Below, piece after piece: positions 18,801-29,377 of a stretch of 63,500 bases of DNA (positions are counted from its first letter, which is position 1; each line of letters starts with the position of its first letter). The notes beneath the pieces were generated by a model. The model searched no databases. It worked only from the letters and a program-made list of their open reading frames with translations, and was not told the DNA's origin. Source of the DNA: Verrucomicrobiota bacterium (lineage in GTDB: Bacteria; Verrucomicrobiota; Kiritimatiellia; JAAZAB01); contig JAHIJO010000090.1 of assembly GCA_018898455.1 (NCBI GenBank), positions 1 through 63,500 on the forward strand, in the 5' to 3' direction. A program made the position numbers and the translations under genes.

Positions 18801-21800
18801 ACAGACAGATACCGCCCGCGCCGTTTGTGTAGCCGACGTAAAACACGTCCTTGTTGTTCCGGTTGTCCGTGAATTGGCAGTTACGGAAACCCACCCTGAT
18901 GGCATCGGACGACGAGGCGTAAACGGCGCGGCCCGTTGTCCCAATGGCAGCGTGACTGAGTACAAAATTCTCCAGGAACCCGCTGCCCGTGAACGCGAGC
19001 AGATTACCCGCATGATTGGTCATCTGGAGAATCGGCCGATTAGTCTCGGATTCGCCCATAATACGAATTCCCGTGAATACGGAAGGCAGTTGCACGGCTT
19101 CATTGTATTGACCGCTGGACACGATGACCGCCACGTTCGCGGTTGCGGCCACGTTGACGGCGGCCTGGATGGTGGCGTATTGCGTGGGGACGCGGATGGC
19201 GCCGGACAGGTCATGATAGAACGCGCCGATATCGGCGCGGGTGCCGTCGGGGTCCGGCGGATCGGAAGGATCACCGGCGTTGATGCAGACCGACAAGAGG
19301 CCAGGACGGAGGTTAGCCAGGAAATCATTACCCCACAGAATTTCACGACCCTGGACGTGATAGTCGGGAACGTAAGGGATTGCAAACCCGTTGGTCACAC
19401 CCGGTGCGAGGCAGGAATAGCTGATGGTCAGTCCCGACAAGTCTCCCGCCGGCCCATGGTTTCCCATGTTATTGGCGCTGATCAGCGAATTCCGCATGTA
19501 ACCGACCACCCGCGTGGGGAAGACCGTTACTGATGTCGCCCCTAGTAAAAAAGTGCAGTTCACGAAATTCACCTCTGGCTCATTCGAACCGATTACCTGG
19601 CCGTTGAAAAAACAATACGCAAAATCACCCGAGAACGGCATCAATTCCGTCCGGTAGATTTCAACAGAGATCGCGTTATCGCCGGTGCTATCGCAAAACA
19701 TAATAGGATTGGTGGCGGTGCCGAGCGCTTGAATTGTCCCTCCCTGCAATACCTGCACTTTCCAGTCGGCGCCGAAGTCGCCGTCGGTGTGGAGCACCAC
19801 CCCTGGCTGCAGAACCAGGCTCGTGTCGGTCGCCACAACCAGGTCCGCAGCGAGGATATAGTCGCCCGAGGGCAGAATCCTGCGGCTGCCGTCATAAGTG
19901 AAATCGGCATCCGACAGAATATTCTTGTCGGTCACACCTAGACCAACGGTCTTTTTCTGTATTAGGTAACCGCCGGTGGTGTCCCGGACGTCGAACGCGA
20001 TGGTGTAGGAACCGGGCGGGATGTTCGTTACGTCAAGGAATTGTACGCGCACGTCTTCTGTCCGGTTGCTTTGCAGGTACGAGAAAGCAAAGTGGTTGGA
20101 GACGGCGGGTTCGCACGCGACGTTCGTGATGGTCCAGCCGCAGTTGTTGAACGACACCACCCGAAAAACAACGTCATCAATAACGCCCGACCCATCGTCG
20201 GTGTTGTAGCTGCGGCCGTAACTGTAAGCGCCGGGCGTCCGGATCCGCGGCAGGGCCTTGAACTGCGGGCTGACGATCTCCTGGCGCGGATCGCCGAGAA
20301 GCGTGTAGTCGTTGCAAACAGGATAGGCCACGAGCATCATGTCGCCAACACACGGCCCGACGCTGCCGTTCTCGAAATAGGACTGAAAAAAAGTTGCATC
20401 GAAAGAACTATAATACACATCCTGTACGGTCCCGATATACGCGGAATTACCGTTTTGCGCCCGCTGATAGAGTTCCGCCGGATGTTCGTTATCCTCGAAC
20501 ACGGCGCCACTGCATCCGAAATTGACGCCCAACGGCCGGATATGGCTGTTGTTGGGAGCATACCAAGCCGGGCCCCATTGCGGGTAGAGATAGTATCCGT
20601 GTCCTTTTCCCCAGAGGATGGTGTGCGTGTCCATGGCGGCGAAAAGGTCGTTGGGCTGGGCATTGTACAGATCGCCGTTTACGTCCACCGCCATGTAGGG
20701 GAGAAATAGGTTTGAATATACATTAAGGGTCGGACCGACTTCATCCTCTCGCGGAATCAATTGAACCTTGTCCGTCCCGTTGGACACCGTGATTAAGGCC
20801 TTGGCGATGCAATTGCTGATGTCTTGCGCCGTGGCCACGGAAAACCGGCCCACGGGGATATGTCCGCCGCCGTAATAGAAGTCGGATAAACCGGCATAGC
20901 TTGGCACGAGCTCCGTGTCGCCGCCGATCAGAACGTATTCTGTGCCGTTGGAGTAGAGCACATTCAGGATGTAGTCCCTGATCTTAACGCGCGCCGTCTT
21001 GTTGGTATCGGGATCCTGCGCATAGATGTCTTCGACCGCCACCACTGCGGCTTGGTGGCCGGCGTCGAAGGCATGGTGGCTCCGGAGCGGCTCGAAGTTG
21101 TTGGTGAACGCCACGGACGTGATGATAACGTAATAGTTGGTCGTTCCCGCCAATGGGAGTTCACCTCTTAGCGCCCGGAGCTTGCCGGTCAGCGCTTCGC
21201 CTATCAGCGGCCTGGCGTAGCTTGTGGTTTCCTCCGGATTCATCACCATCCGTTTTACCATCGTCTCGTCGTTCTCCGTGCCCCGCACCGGGATAGTATA
21301 CGTGTCCCCGGCCACCAAACGAATATCCAACACTGTGTGACGACGGAACTCCAAGATGCCGGTGACCGGATTGTAGCGCAAAGGAGTGAACGATATATCG
21401 AGAATATTGTAACCCCGGAAGTTGCGCACCTTGAAACTAACCGGATGGTCCGGATAAAAGGCATCTTGGGAATAGATCGCCGGGTCTTCATGATTGCTCT
21501 CTGCCCACAACCGTGCTTGATCCGGATCGGTCATGTCGAAGCCGGAATAGGGCTGATTCACAAACATCAGCGGCTTGGTGAGGATGACACGGCTAAAAGT
21601 ACTGGCCGCCGAAACTACGACCCGTTCGACGATGACGGACGGCGGGAGCAGGACACGACAGGAAAGAAAGGGCAGGGCCGGTGCCCCATATCGGCTGTAG
21701 TCCGGAGTAGCCTCGGGCAGATCCACCCATGACCATGTTTCTGTTCGACCTTCGCGGCTAACGTCCCTGGCGCCGACCGTCATGTCGCCGGCCCAGCAGG

Positions 21801-21912
21801 ACACCCGCATGACGTCGGTTGATGGACGTGAGAGCGTGAAGTCCGAGAAGGCTTCGGATGCGCATGCCGTCAGTAGTATTCCGAGCACAAGATAAGACCT
21901 AATCATTTGCAT
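15886..21912 (-). CDS. Multidomain secreted C25 (gingipain-like) peptidase with beta-helix, Fn3 and Ig-like modules
   Basis: Signal peptide; propeptide (GAPALP, FTPLRYNPVTG); EYVLIGGD, IPVGRFS, GKGHG and NFGCS (His/Cys), LLGDP; two DxGDP...D(I/M)G motifs; two ASDG Fn3 modules; two NQTITFP modules; SD GGAGG favours ATG 21912. Confidence 0.82.
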   Translation of the reverse strand: MQMIRSYLVLGILLTACASEAFSDFTLSRPSTDVMRVSCWAGDMTVGARDVSREGRTETWSWVDLPEATPDYSRYGAPALPFLSCRVLLPPSVIVERVVVSAASTFSRVILTKPLMFVNQPYSGFDMTDPDQARLWAESNHEDPAIYSQDAFYPDHPVSFKVRNFRGYNILDISFTPLRYNPVTGILEFRRHTVLDIRLVAGDTYTIPVRGTENDETMVKRMVMNPEETTSYARPLIGEALTGKLRALRGELPLAGTTNYYVIITSVAFTNNFEPLRSHHAFDAGHQAAVVAVEDIYAQDPDTNKTARVKIRDYILNVLYSNGTEYVLIGGDTELVPSYAGLSDFYYGGGHIPVGRFSVATAQDISNCIAKALITVSNGTDKVQLIPREDEVGPTLNVYSNLFLPYMAVDVNGDLYNAQPNDLFAAMDTHTILWGKGHGYYLYPQWGPAWYAPNNSHIRPLGVNFGCSGAVFEDNEHPAELYQRAQNGNSAYIGTVQDVYYSSFDATFFQSYFENGSVGPCVGDMMLVAYPVCNDYTLLGDPRQEIVSPQFKALPRIRTPGAYSYGRSYNTDDGSGVIDDVVFRVVSFNNCGWTITNVACEPAVSNHFAFSYLQSNRTEDVRVQFLDVTNIPPGSYTIAFDVRDTTGGYLIQKKTVGLGVTDKNILSDADFTYDGSRRILPSGDYILAADLVVATDTSLVLQPGVVLHTDGDFGADWKVQVLQGGTIQALGTATNPIMFCDSTGDNAISVEIYRTELMPFSGDFAYCFFNGQVIGSNEPEVNFVNCTFLLGATSVTVFPTRVVGYMRNSLISANNMGNHGPAGDLSGLTISYSCLAPGVTNGFAIPYVPDYHVQGREILWGNDFLANLRPGLLSVCINAGDPSDPPDPDGTRADIGAFYHDLSGAIRVPTQYATIQAAVNVAATANVAVIVSSGQYNEAVQLPSVFTGIRIMGESETNRPILQMTNHAGNLLAFTGSGFLENFVLSHAAIGTTGRAVYASSSDAIRVGFRNCQFTDNRNNKDVFYVGYTNGAGGICLYMSDVDFVGNSSNDTVLRVVDGLRNSTMEPWSWLNACRFASNVAARAVMEYAANDHYLFTRELTWTDNDATNIILNSADGLSTNTVLDIRNALFCHNKGAFRTENQGNTLFENGTFVSNISAVVAAGNSRLELHNSIFWNNTATMSKAPSCVLAVNYTDINSTWPGIGTGNLSTNPLFVSAVTRDYHLQNSSPCLDTGDPGSAYANEPYPSGNRVDMGRYGNTPEAADRSVAPPIGVAASDGAYQAKVVVSWDSVADAGGYEVWRNTANNTNTAARVGVASGLTYEDASVAADILYYYWIKATNAVCLSEFGAVDTGYSDGTSPSVTVNQAAGQADPTNAGPIRFTVAFSEPVSDFTDGDVTIGGTAGATTAAVTGSGTNYQAAVSGMTGNGTVIVTVGVGVAHDGAGNGNQASISTDNTVTYDTMVPAAITTQPVSLTNNPGTAASFTVGASGTAPLYYQWQKNTVNIGSATNATYTIGSVASGDAGNYRCLVSNVVNAVTSAVATLMVNKGNQTITFPNPGQQAVTNTVHLSATASSGLAVTNFALVSGPGVLSGTNLTFANSGVVRVRASQAGDPNWNAAPDVMNTFNVGKNLASVFLGNLTQTYDGTVRSVTATTVPAGLSVVVMYDGNATAPVNAGSYDVIGTISDGNYQGVANSTLIVAKANQTITFPAIPDQWVTSQVTLSATAASGLPVTFTIGSGPGVITGGTLLSFTGVGTVSIIASQAGNTNWNSAANVTKTVTVKDISTLLPPQNLVASDGIYSNKVAVTWDAASGATSYEVWRSAGTNIASVSNLGTTATTTYDDLTAATTPGTILYYWVKAVNAADASGFSAGDSGYVKPAIGPTIKANGTAGATTINYPDAMSITIEMNADIYEGAEVDWWVVAFAGSSWYYLNNSDQWTEFDGNLLNCHPVYQGGLFNLPATEVLKITGLQVGLYTFWFAVDYPMDGILDLNGQILFDKVTVVVQ

Positions 21913-22131
21913 GCCCACCTCCAAGCTAAATAAAAATATCTAACTACTCCGGTAGCACCTCCATGAAGTTAGCTTTAAAGTTTCACTTACCAAAGACTGA
22001 TGCCAAATGCAACCCTACACTGGAAATTTCTATCCGGTTAATGTTGCCTGGGATTAGCGCAGCCTTTATGATAACCGGTTAAATTGTTCTCAGAAATCAG
22101 CCGACAACAAAATGGATAGGAGACACGAGGC

Positions 22132-24936
22132 ATGAGCGAGTGGTGGAAATATTCGATCACTGAATCCCTGAAGAAACTCGATAGCGATGCTGCTGGCGGC
22201 TTGAGCGACCAGGAAGTCCTGCGTCGCCTCGATCGCTTCGGTCCCAACGCGCTGGTTGAACGGGGAATCAAGAGTCCGTGGCTGATCCTGTGGGAACAGC
22301 TCACGGGCATCATGATCGTCATCCTGATTGTCGCCGCCGTTGTTTCCGCCGCCATGGGCGAGCATGCGGATGCCATAGTTATTTTCGTCATTGTCGTGCT
22401 CAACGCCCTGTTGGGATTGAGCCAGGAGTACCGGGCGGAAAAAGCGATGGCCGCGCTCAAAAAAATGGCCGTGCCGACTGTAAAAGTCCGGCGCAACGGC
22501 GGAGTCCAGGAGATTTCATCCCGCGAGCTGGTGCCGGGTGACATCCTGATCCTGGAAGCCGGCAACCTGGTGCCGGCCGATTGCCGCCTGCTGGAGACGG
22601 CCAATCTTCGGGTGCAGGAAGCGGCTCTCACCGGCGAGTCCGAGCCGGTTGAAAAAAACATCCAACCGCTCGCGGGCGAGGCTGTTGCCCTGGGCGATCG
22701 CCGCAACATGACCTATCTGGGCACGATCGTTACTTATGGCCGCGGCCTGGCCGTGATAACCGCCACCGGCATGCGCACGGAACTGGGCGGGATCGCCACA
22801 CTGATTCAGACCGTCAAGCGGGAGACCACCCCACTGCAGAAGCGGCTTGCCCAGTTGGGCAAAGGCCTGGCGCTGGCAGCACTGGCCCTGGTGGCCGTCA
22901 TTTTTGTGCAAGGGTTGATCCGCGGTGGCACAAGTGTCGCAAACATCAAGCTCATGTTCCTGACCTCCATCAGCATGGCGGTGGCCGCCGTGCCCGAGGG
23001 CCTGCCGGCGGTGGTGACGATTGCGCTGGCGCTGGGCGCGCAACGGATGCTCCGTCAGCGGGCCTTGATTCGTAAACTGCTCGCGGTGGAAACGCTGGGC
23101 TCGGTGACGGTTATCTGCTCCGATAAAACCGGCACATTGACCGAGAATCGAATGACCGTGACCGTACTGGATGTTGTCGGGGACAGGATCGACCTGACCG
23201 AGCGTGTGGAACACCATGGGCCGGTTTTGGATGGTCGGGCAGGTCCGCGCCCGCAGGCGGGCGATCACCCCGGGATGTCCCTGCTGTTGACGGCCGGGGC
23301 GCTCTGCAACGATGCGCTGTTGAAAACTCAGCCTGCCGGAAGCGATTCGTTGCAGGCCATTGGCGATCCAACCGAGGGCGCGCTGGTGGTGGCCGCCGCT
23401 TCCACGGGATTATGGAAGCATGAATTGGAGCAGGCTTTTCCACGGGTGGCCGAAGTCCCCTTCGATTCGGATCGCAAGCGGATGACGACCGTTCATCGCG
23501 TCGGCCAAGTAATCCCGGCGGACCTTGACCGGGCAATGAGCATAGCCGGCGTCCAAAGGATGCCGTACATATCTTTCTGCAAAGGCGCCGTTGACAGCCT
23601 GCTCGGCGTATGCGCCGGGGTTTGGGCGCCGGATGGCCCGCAACCGATGACCGCGGATCGGCGCCGGGAAATTATTGCCGCCAATGACGGGCTTGCCCAG
23701 AACGGCATGCGTGTATTGGGGGTCGCATTCCGCCTGCTGGATGGCGAAGGGCTGAAGCAGGAACTGGAGCGGGAGCTAATCTTTCTTGGCTTGGTTGGCA
23801 TGATTGATCCGCCGCGCCAGGAAGTGCGGGACGCGGTCCAAACCTGTCGGACGGCCGGTATTCGCCCGGTGATGATCACCGGCGATCATCCGCTGACCGC
23901 CCTTGAAATTGCCCGGCAATTGGGGATTGCCGCCAACGGCAGGATTTTAACCGGATCCGAACTCGAAAAAATGACCATCACGGAACTTCGCGATCAAGTG
24001 AATGATGTGGCAGTTTATGCGCGGGTGTCTCCGGAACATAAGCTCAAAATTGTGCAGGCATTACAGGAATGCGGACACGTCGTGGCCATGACCGGGGATG
24101 GAGTTAACGATGCTCCGGCGCTCCGTAAGGCGGATATCGGCGTGGCCATGGGTATCACGGGCACCGATGTCACCAAGGAGGCCGCCGATATGGTGTTGCA
24201 GGACGATAACTTCACCACCATCGTTGCGGCCGTCAAGGAAGGTCGCGTGATTTACGATAACATCAGAAAATTCATCAAGTATCTCCTGAGCACGAATTCC
24301 GGCGAGTTGTGGGTCATGCTGTTGGCGCCGTTTTTCGGGATGCCTTTGCCTTTGATTCCGATTCAGATTCTTTGGATGAATCTGGTCACGGACGGTCTGC
24401 CGGCGCTGGCTCTGAGCGTGGAGCCGGCCGAAAACGATATTATGCGCCGCCGGCCGCGGCGCGTTACGGACAACATCTTCGGCGAAGGGATGGGTTTTCA
24501 TATTATCTGGGTGGGGCTCCTGATGGGCGCGGTGTCACTGGGCATGGGTTACTGGGATGCCGGTGCGGGCGGAACGGCTTTCAGCGATCAGGGTGTCGTC
24601 CGGCATTTCCGCACCATGGTTTTTACGCTGCTGACTTTTCTGCAAATGGCGCATGTCATGGCGATCAGATCCAATCGCCAATCGCTGTTTACCATCGGCG
24701 TGTTTTCCAACAAGGCTTTGTTTGGCGCCGTATGCCTGACGGGTGTCCTGCAGTTGGCCCTGGTGTATGTGCCTTTTCTCCAGAAGTTCTTCCAAACGGT
24801 GCCGTTATCGGCCCTGGATTTGACAATATGCATCCTGCTCAGTACCAGCGTATTCTGGGCCGTTGAATTGGAGAAGTTCGTGGTTCGTCGCAGAGAATGC
24901 ATTCCGGCGTCCGGCTCGGATCCACTCCCAGGGTGA
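22132..24936 (+). CDS. P-type IIA cation (Ca2+-type) transporting ATPase
   Basis: [45 protein letters not shown]. Confidence 0.95.
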   Translation: MSEWWKYSITESLKKLDSDAAGGLSDQEVLRRLDRFGPNALVERGIKSPWLILWEQLTGIMIVILIVAAVVSAAMGEHADAIVIFVIVVLNALLGLSQEYRAEKAMAALKKMAVPTVKVRRNGGVQEISSRELVPGDILILEAGNLVPADCRLLETANLRVQEAALTGESEPVEKNIQPLAGEAVALGDRRNMTYLGTIVTYGRGLAVITATGMRTELGGIATLIQTVKRETTPLQKRLAQLGKGLALAALALVAVIFVQGLIRGGTSVANIKLMFLTSISMAVAAVPEGLPAVVTIALALGAQRMLRQRALIRKLLAVETLGSVTVICSDKTGTLTENRMTVTVLDVVGDRIDLTERVEHHGPVLDGRAGPRPQAGDHPGMSLLLTAGALCNDALLKTQPAGSDSLQAIGDPTEGALVVAAASTGLWKHELEQAFPRVAEVPFDSDRKRMTTVHRVGQVIPADLDRAMSIAGVQRMPYISFCKGAVDSLLGVCAGVWAPDGPQPMTADRRREIIAANDGLAQNGMRVLGVAFRLLDGEGLKQELERELIFLGLVGMIDPPRQEVRDAVQTCRTAGIRPVMITGDHPLTALEIARQLGIAANGRILTGSELEKMTITELRDQVNDVAVYARVSPEHKLKIVQALQECGHVVAMTGDGVNDAPALRKADIGVAMGITGTDVTKEAADMVLQDDNFTTIVAAVKEGRVIYDNIRKFIKYLLSTNSGELWVMLLAPFFGMPLPLIPIQILWMNLVTDGLPALALSVEPAENDIMRRRPRRVTDNIFGEGMGFHIIWVGLLMGAVSLGMGYWDAGAGGTAFSDQGVVRHFRTMVFTLLTFLQMAHVMAIRSNRQSLFTIGVFSNKALFGAVCLTGVLQLALVYVPFLQKFFQTVPLSALDLTICILLSTSVFWAVELEKFVVRRRECIPASGSDPLPG

Positions 24937-25327
24937 TGCGCTCGGAAGGTCGGCTATGGGCGGCCATGTCGGTTATACCAGTCCCATTGACGACACATCC
25001 CCCTTGAATGACCATGACCTCGGCCATGGATCAGAGGGTATATCGGAGACGGAAACGAGTCCGGCAAAAAAACCGTTTTTTTCTTGTTGCATTCGGGGGG
25101 GTAAGCTATTATCCATTTTTAGACGTTTCCCTGTAAAGATACACATTTTTGCGTGTATCTTTTGGTAGGGCGCGCAGTCCCTTTCTGACTGGGTTGCGGG
25201 CACAAGCCCACCTTGGGTGGCATTAGGCGATGCCTGCCTGGGCAGTTACGGTATGCAAATTAACAGGAGGGACAGGTGGTGGAAAACGGACGACGGAAGC
25301 TCAAACCTTTCACGGATCGAGGTGAAA

Positions 25328-26467
25328 ATGAATAGGTTTATTTCGCTTTTTGCCATACTCATTCCTGTAAATATATTTATCTTTTCGGCAATAGAAATCC
25401 AAGCGGCATATCCGGCAGGATGGAGATATAGGCAGGTGATAACTGTGACTGGAACCAATTTCAGCCATGATATGACGAACTTTGCAGTACTGGTAAGTTA
25501 TACCAATGCCAACTTGAAAAGTGTGGCCAACGGAGGGCACGTTACGCAGGACGACGGTGGCGACATCAGGTTTCACAATGCGGCGGATACGCAGTTGAGC
25601 CATGAAATTGAAAAGTACGTTGCCACCAACGGCAACTTGATTGCGTGGGTGAAAGTCCCTTCCATTTCATCGAATACCGACTTTACGTTGAATATGTATT
25701 ACGGAAGCGCGGAAGCAGGAGACCAGTGGAACGCGACGAATACGTGGGAAACAAATGCTATGATGGTTCAGCATTTCAATGAAACGTCGGGCGGCATTAA
25801 CTACGATTCCACGGCATACACGAATCATGGCACGATAATCGGCGCAAGTCTGATAACCACGGGACAAGTGGATGGCGCGGACAGTTTTGACGCAATAGAT
25901 GATTATGTAAATGCTGGGAATGGAGCGAGTTTGGATATTACCAATACAGTTACGGTGACGGTGTGGATATTTTACACGGGAGCTAGTCGAAGCTGGATTT
26001 TAAGTAGAGATTTGAGCTCTAGTTATGGCTATCAACTTGGTATAGAAAGTTCTCGAAAGATGACAATTTCCATTGGTAATGGGAGTGGTTATAATGTAGT
26101 TACGGCAAACGAAGTCGAACAAACCAACGTATGGACGCATATCGCCGCAACGTATATCATCAGTGCAAGTAATATAACAAGTGTAGCGTTATTTAGAAAC
26201 GGAACTCTAGTTAAAAGCGGCCCGATATTAAGGATTATTAATAATGGTGTTAATGCCGTTTTGATTGGGAGTTATTCTCGGTTTGGCACTTATTGGTTTA
26301 ATGGTCTGATCGACGAATTACGAATCCACAATCGCGCATTAAGCTTGGGAGAAATAACGGCGCAGTACAACAATCAGGTTTTGCCGTCGGCATTTTACAG
26401 CGTGGGGGCGGAACAGCAACGTCTGAATAAAGGGACAATTATTTCAGTATGTCTTGTTTCAGAGTGA
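25328..26467 (+). CDS. Exported DUF2341 + LamG/ConA-like domain protein
   Basis: Signal peptide; GGDIRF...HEIEKY...AWVKVP...YYG; WTHIAATY, FNGLIDELRIHNRALS. Confidence 0.85.
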   Translation: MNRFISLFAILIPVNIFIFSAIEIQAAYPAGWRYRQVITVTGTNFSHDMTNFAVLVSYTNANLKSVANGGHVTQDDGGDIRFHNAADTQLSHEIEKYVATNGNLIAWVKVPSISSNTDFTLNMYYGSAEAGDQWNATNTWETNAMMVQHFNETSGGINYDSTAYTNHGTIIGASLITTGQVDGADSFDAIDDYVNAGNGASLDITNTVTVTVWIFYTGASRSWILSRDLSSSYGYQLGIESSRKMTISIGNGSGYNVVTANEVEQTNVWTHIAATYIISASNITSVALFRNGTLVKSGPILRIINNGVNAVLIGSYSRFGTYWFNGLIDELRIHNRALSLGEITAQYNNQVLPSAFYSVGAEQQRLNKGTIISVCLVSE

Positions 26468-26575
26468 AATGGACAATTCAATCCCATGAGTTATAGATAT
26501 TCAGATAAATAATTTCCCATCGATCCGGCAACAAGCTCGCTCAACCTCTGGTTGAACGAGCCTTGTGCCGCCTTC

Positions 26576-26745
26576 TTCCCGCTGGAAGCGGGACAAGCTC
26601 GAACCGCCTCAACACCCCTGTAACTGAGAACGTGTGAAAAAATCGAGTTATCCATTGCAAAGAGCGGTCGCGACGAAGCGCGACCCTCCATTTTGTTATG
26701 AAATTAGCTTGGTTTGGTCGATGGAGGGACACGCCTTTGTGTCCG
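26576..26745. repeat. Cluster of REP-like repeats (partial family A plus GGAGGG-type doublet)
   Basis: 26576-26624 matches 30491-30541; CGGTCGCGACGAAGCGCGACCCTCCA (26665-26690) faces TGGAGGGACACGCCTTTGTGTCCG (26722-26745). Confidence 0.7.
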
Positions 26746-26795
26746 GCCATTTTTTTCACAGTTTCTGAGGTATTACAGAAAACGCGTGAAATAAA

Positions 26796-26824
26796 TTGAC
26801 TCTCTGCCCCGGGAATTCTATCAT
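26796..26824 (+). promoter_or_regulatory. Sigma70-type promoter for hppA
   Basis: TTGACT-17 nt-TATCAT, ~110 nt upstream of the start codon. Confidence 0.6.
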
Positions 26825-26932
26825 GCCCCGCGTTTGCTGTTCTTTCTTTGTACGGGATAAGCGGAGTTTAATCGGTCAACATGTTCGACTTATAATCCGC
26901 GCCTTCAGGCGCATCAGGGAGGAAATCAGACG

Positions 26933-29377
26933 ATGAAACGGATTGGGCAATGGGCAACATGGCTGGTGATGGCGGTGTTGGTATTTGGCGTGGGGTCTGG
27001 CGCATGGGCGGGGGAAGCTGATATTAATCTACCGGATTTGAAAGCGGTCACCTTCAATGTCCTCGGCATGCCCGTAAGCGGGATGCTCTTGCTGTATGTC
27101 GGGCTCGTGGTCTGCGTCATCGGGTTGATCTTCGGCCTGATTCAATATGCCCAGACCAAAGCCATGCCGGTGCATGAATGCATGAGCTCGGTGTCGCAGA
27201 CGATCTGGGAAACCTGCAAAACCTACCTCTTTCAGCAAGGCAAGCTCCTGATGATCCTGTGGGTGCTCATCGGCGCCTGCATGCTGTATTATTTCGGCGT
27301 GCTCCAGCAGAAGAGCGCTTTTCACATCATCATCATCCTGCTGGCGTCCATCTTCGGTATCCTGGGATCCTACGGGGTCGCCTGGTTCGGCATCCGGATT
27401 AATACGCAGGCTAATTCCCGCTCGGCCTTCGCCGCCCTGCGCGGTAAACCGTGGCTGGCGCTGGCCATCCCGATGAAGTCCGGGATGAGTGTCGGTCTCC
27501 TGCTGGTCAGCGTGGAGCTCTTCTTTATGATCTGTATCCTGGCGTTCCTGCCGAAGGATCTGGCGGGTCCCTGTTTCATCGGATTCGCCATCGGCGAGTC
27601 GCTCGGCGCCAGTGCCCTCCGTATCTGCGGCGGAATTTTTACCAAGATCGCCGACATCGGGTCGGACCTGATGAAGATCATCTTCAAGCTCCCGGAGGAC
27701 GATCCGAAGAACCCCGGGGTCATTGCCGACTGCACGGGCGACAACGCCGGCGACAGCGTCGGACCGACCGCCGACGGATTCGAGACCTACGGGGTAACGG
27801 GCGTGGCCTTGATCGCTTTACTGGCGCTGGCCCTGGTGAATAACCCCCTCCTCTGCGGCCAGTTGATTGTTTGGATTTTCGTCATGCGTATTCTCATGAT
27901 TCTGACCTCGCTGGCTTCGTATTTCATCACTGAAAAAATCTCGGCCGCAAAATACCGTGAGGCCGACGAGTTCGACGCGGAAAAGCCGCTTACCAACCTT
28001 GTTTGGATCACCTCGCTGATCTCGGTGGCGGTGACCTTCGTGGCCAGCAGGCTCCTGCTGTCGCCGGCGGAGTACGGCAACCTGTGGTGGGTGCTGTCGG
28101 TGATTATCAGTTGCGGCACGCTGGCCGGCGCTCTGATCCCGGAGTTCACCAAGGCCTTTACCAGCACGAATTCGCGGCACGTCAAGGAGGTCGTAATCTC
28201 CGCCAAGCAGGGCGGGGCCTCGCTGGATATTCTATCCGGGTTTGTGGCCGGTAATTTTTCGGCGTTCTGGGAAGGTTTGCTGATCCTGGGCCTCATGTTT
28301 GTCAGCTACCTTATCTCGCGGCATCCGGACCTGCTTGCCATAATGCCCACCACACCGGTTGACCTTACGTTTGCCACACCGATTTTCGCGTTCGGACTGG
28401 TGGCATTCGGGTTCCTGGGCATGGGGCCGGTGACGATTGCCGTGGACAGTTTCGGGCCGGTCTCAGACAACGCCCAGTCGGTTTATGAATTGAGCCAGAT
28501 CGAATCCCGGCCCGGTATCAAGGAGGAGATCAAGCGCCTGTTCGGCTTCGATCCCGACTTTGAAAAGGCCAAGCTGTGCCTGGAGAAAAACGACGGGGCC
28601 GGCAACACCTTCAAGGCGACCGCCAAGCCGGTGCTGATCGGCACGGCGGTGGTGGGCGCGACCACGATGATCTTCGGTATCATCCTGCTCCTGGATGCCA
28701 AGTACGGCGGCGTGGTCAGCAAGCTGAGCCTGGTCCAGCCGGAAATCATCCTGGGCCTCCTGATGGGCGGCGCCGTGATTTATTGGTTCACCGGCGCCTC
28801 CACCCAGGCCGTGGTAACCGGCGCCTACCGCGCCGTGGTCTATATCAAGGAACACATCAAACTGGACAGCGCGACCGCCTCCATCAAGGACAGCAAGGAG
28901 GTTGTCCGTATCTGCACCATGTATGCCCAGAAGGGCATGATCAACATCTTTGTGACGATCTTCTGCCTGGCGCTGGCCCTGCCGTTTTTCAACGCGTATT
29001 TCTTTATCGGCTACCTGGTTGCCATTGCCTTCTTCGGCCTGTTCCAAGCCATCTTCATGGCCAACGCCGGCGGCGCCTGGGATAATGCCAAGAAAATCGT
29101 GGAAGTTGATCTGCGGATGAAGGGCACCGAATTGCATGCCGCCAGTGTCGTGGGCGACACCGTCGGTGATCCATTCAAGGACACCTCTTCGGTGGCCATG
29201 AACCCGGTGATCAAGTTCACCACGCTCTTCGGCCTGCTGGCCGTCGAAATTGCGGTGACAATGCCGGACACTTGGGTCAAGCCGGCGGTTGGCGCGTTCT
29301 TCTTTGTGGTTGCCCTGGTCTTCATCTACCGATCGTTCTACTCAATGCGGATTCCGGAAGAGAAGTCGGCGGCGTAG
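26933..29377 (+). CDS. hppA: Membrane-bound ion-translocating pyrophosphatase, K+-independent type
   Basis: GGIFTKIADIGSDL, EDDPKNPGVIADCTGDNAGD, DSFGPVSDNA, GNTFKATAK (Lys at the K+ determinant), GGAWDNAKK, GDTVGDPFKDTS. Confidence 0.95.
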   Translation: MKRIGQWATWLVMAVLVFGVGSGAWAGEADINLPDLKAVTFNVLGMPVSGMLLLYVGLVVCVIGLIFGLIQYAQTKAMPVHECMSSVSQTIWETCKTYLFQQGKLLMILWVLIGACMLYYFGVLQQKSAFHIIIILLASIFGILGSYGVAWFGIRINTQANSRSAFAALRGKPWLALAIPMKSGMSVGLLLVSVELFFMICILAFLPKDLAGPCFIGFAIGESLGASALRICGGIFTKIADIGSDLMKIIFKLPEDDPKNPGVIADCTGDNAGDSVGPTADGFETYGVTGVALIALLALALVNNPLLCGQLIVWIFVMRILMILTSLASYFITEKISAAKYREADEFDAEKPLTNLVWITSLISVAVTFVASRLLLSPAEYGNLWWVLSVIISCGTLAGALIPEFTKAFTSTNSRHVKEVVISAKQGGASLDILSGFVAGNFSAFWEGLLILGLMFVSYLISRHPDLLAIMPTTPVDLTFATPIFAFGLVAFGFLGMGPVTIAVDSFGPVSDNAQSVYELSQIESRPGIKEEIKRLFGFDPDFEKAKLCLEKNDGAGNTFKATAKPVLIGTAVVGATTMIFGIILLLDAKYGGVVSKLSLVQPEIILGLLMGGAVIYWFTGASTQAVVTGAYRAVVYIKEHIKLDSATASIKDSKEVVRICTMYAQKGMINIFVTIFCLALALPFFNAYFFIGYLVAIAFFGLFQAIFMANAGGAWDNAKKIVEVDLRMKGTELHAASVVGDTVGDPFKDTSSVAMNPVIKFTTLFGLLAVEIAVTMPDTWVKPAVGAFFFVVALVFIYRSFYSMRIPEEKSAA

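Noticed and set aside
15886-21912. DGR template/variable repeat pair among the duplicated modules
   Set aside because: The module copies differ at all base types rather than only at adenines, and there is no reverse transcriptase in the window.
25160-25260. Riboswitch-like leader upstream of the DUF2341 gene
   Set aside because: Only 5-bp stems, no recognisable aptamer consensus, and the start is better explained as a GTAG repeat stub similar to 42329.
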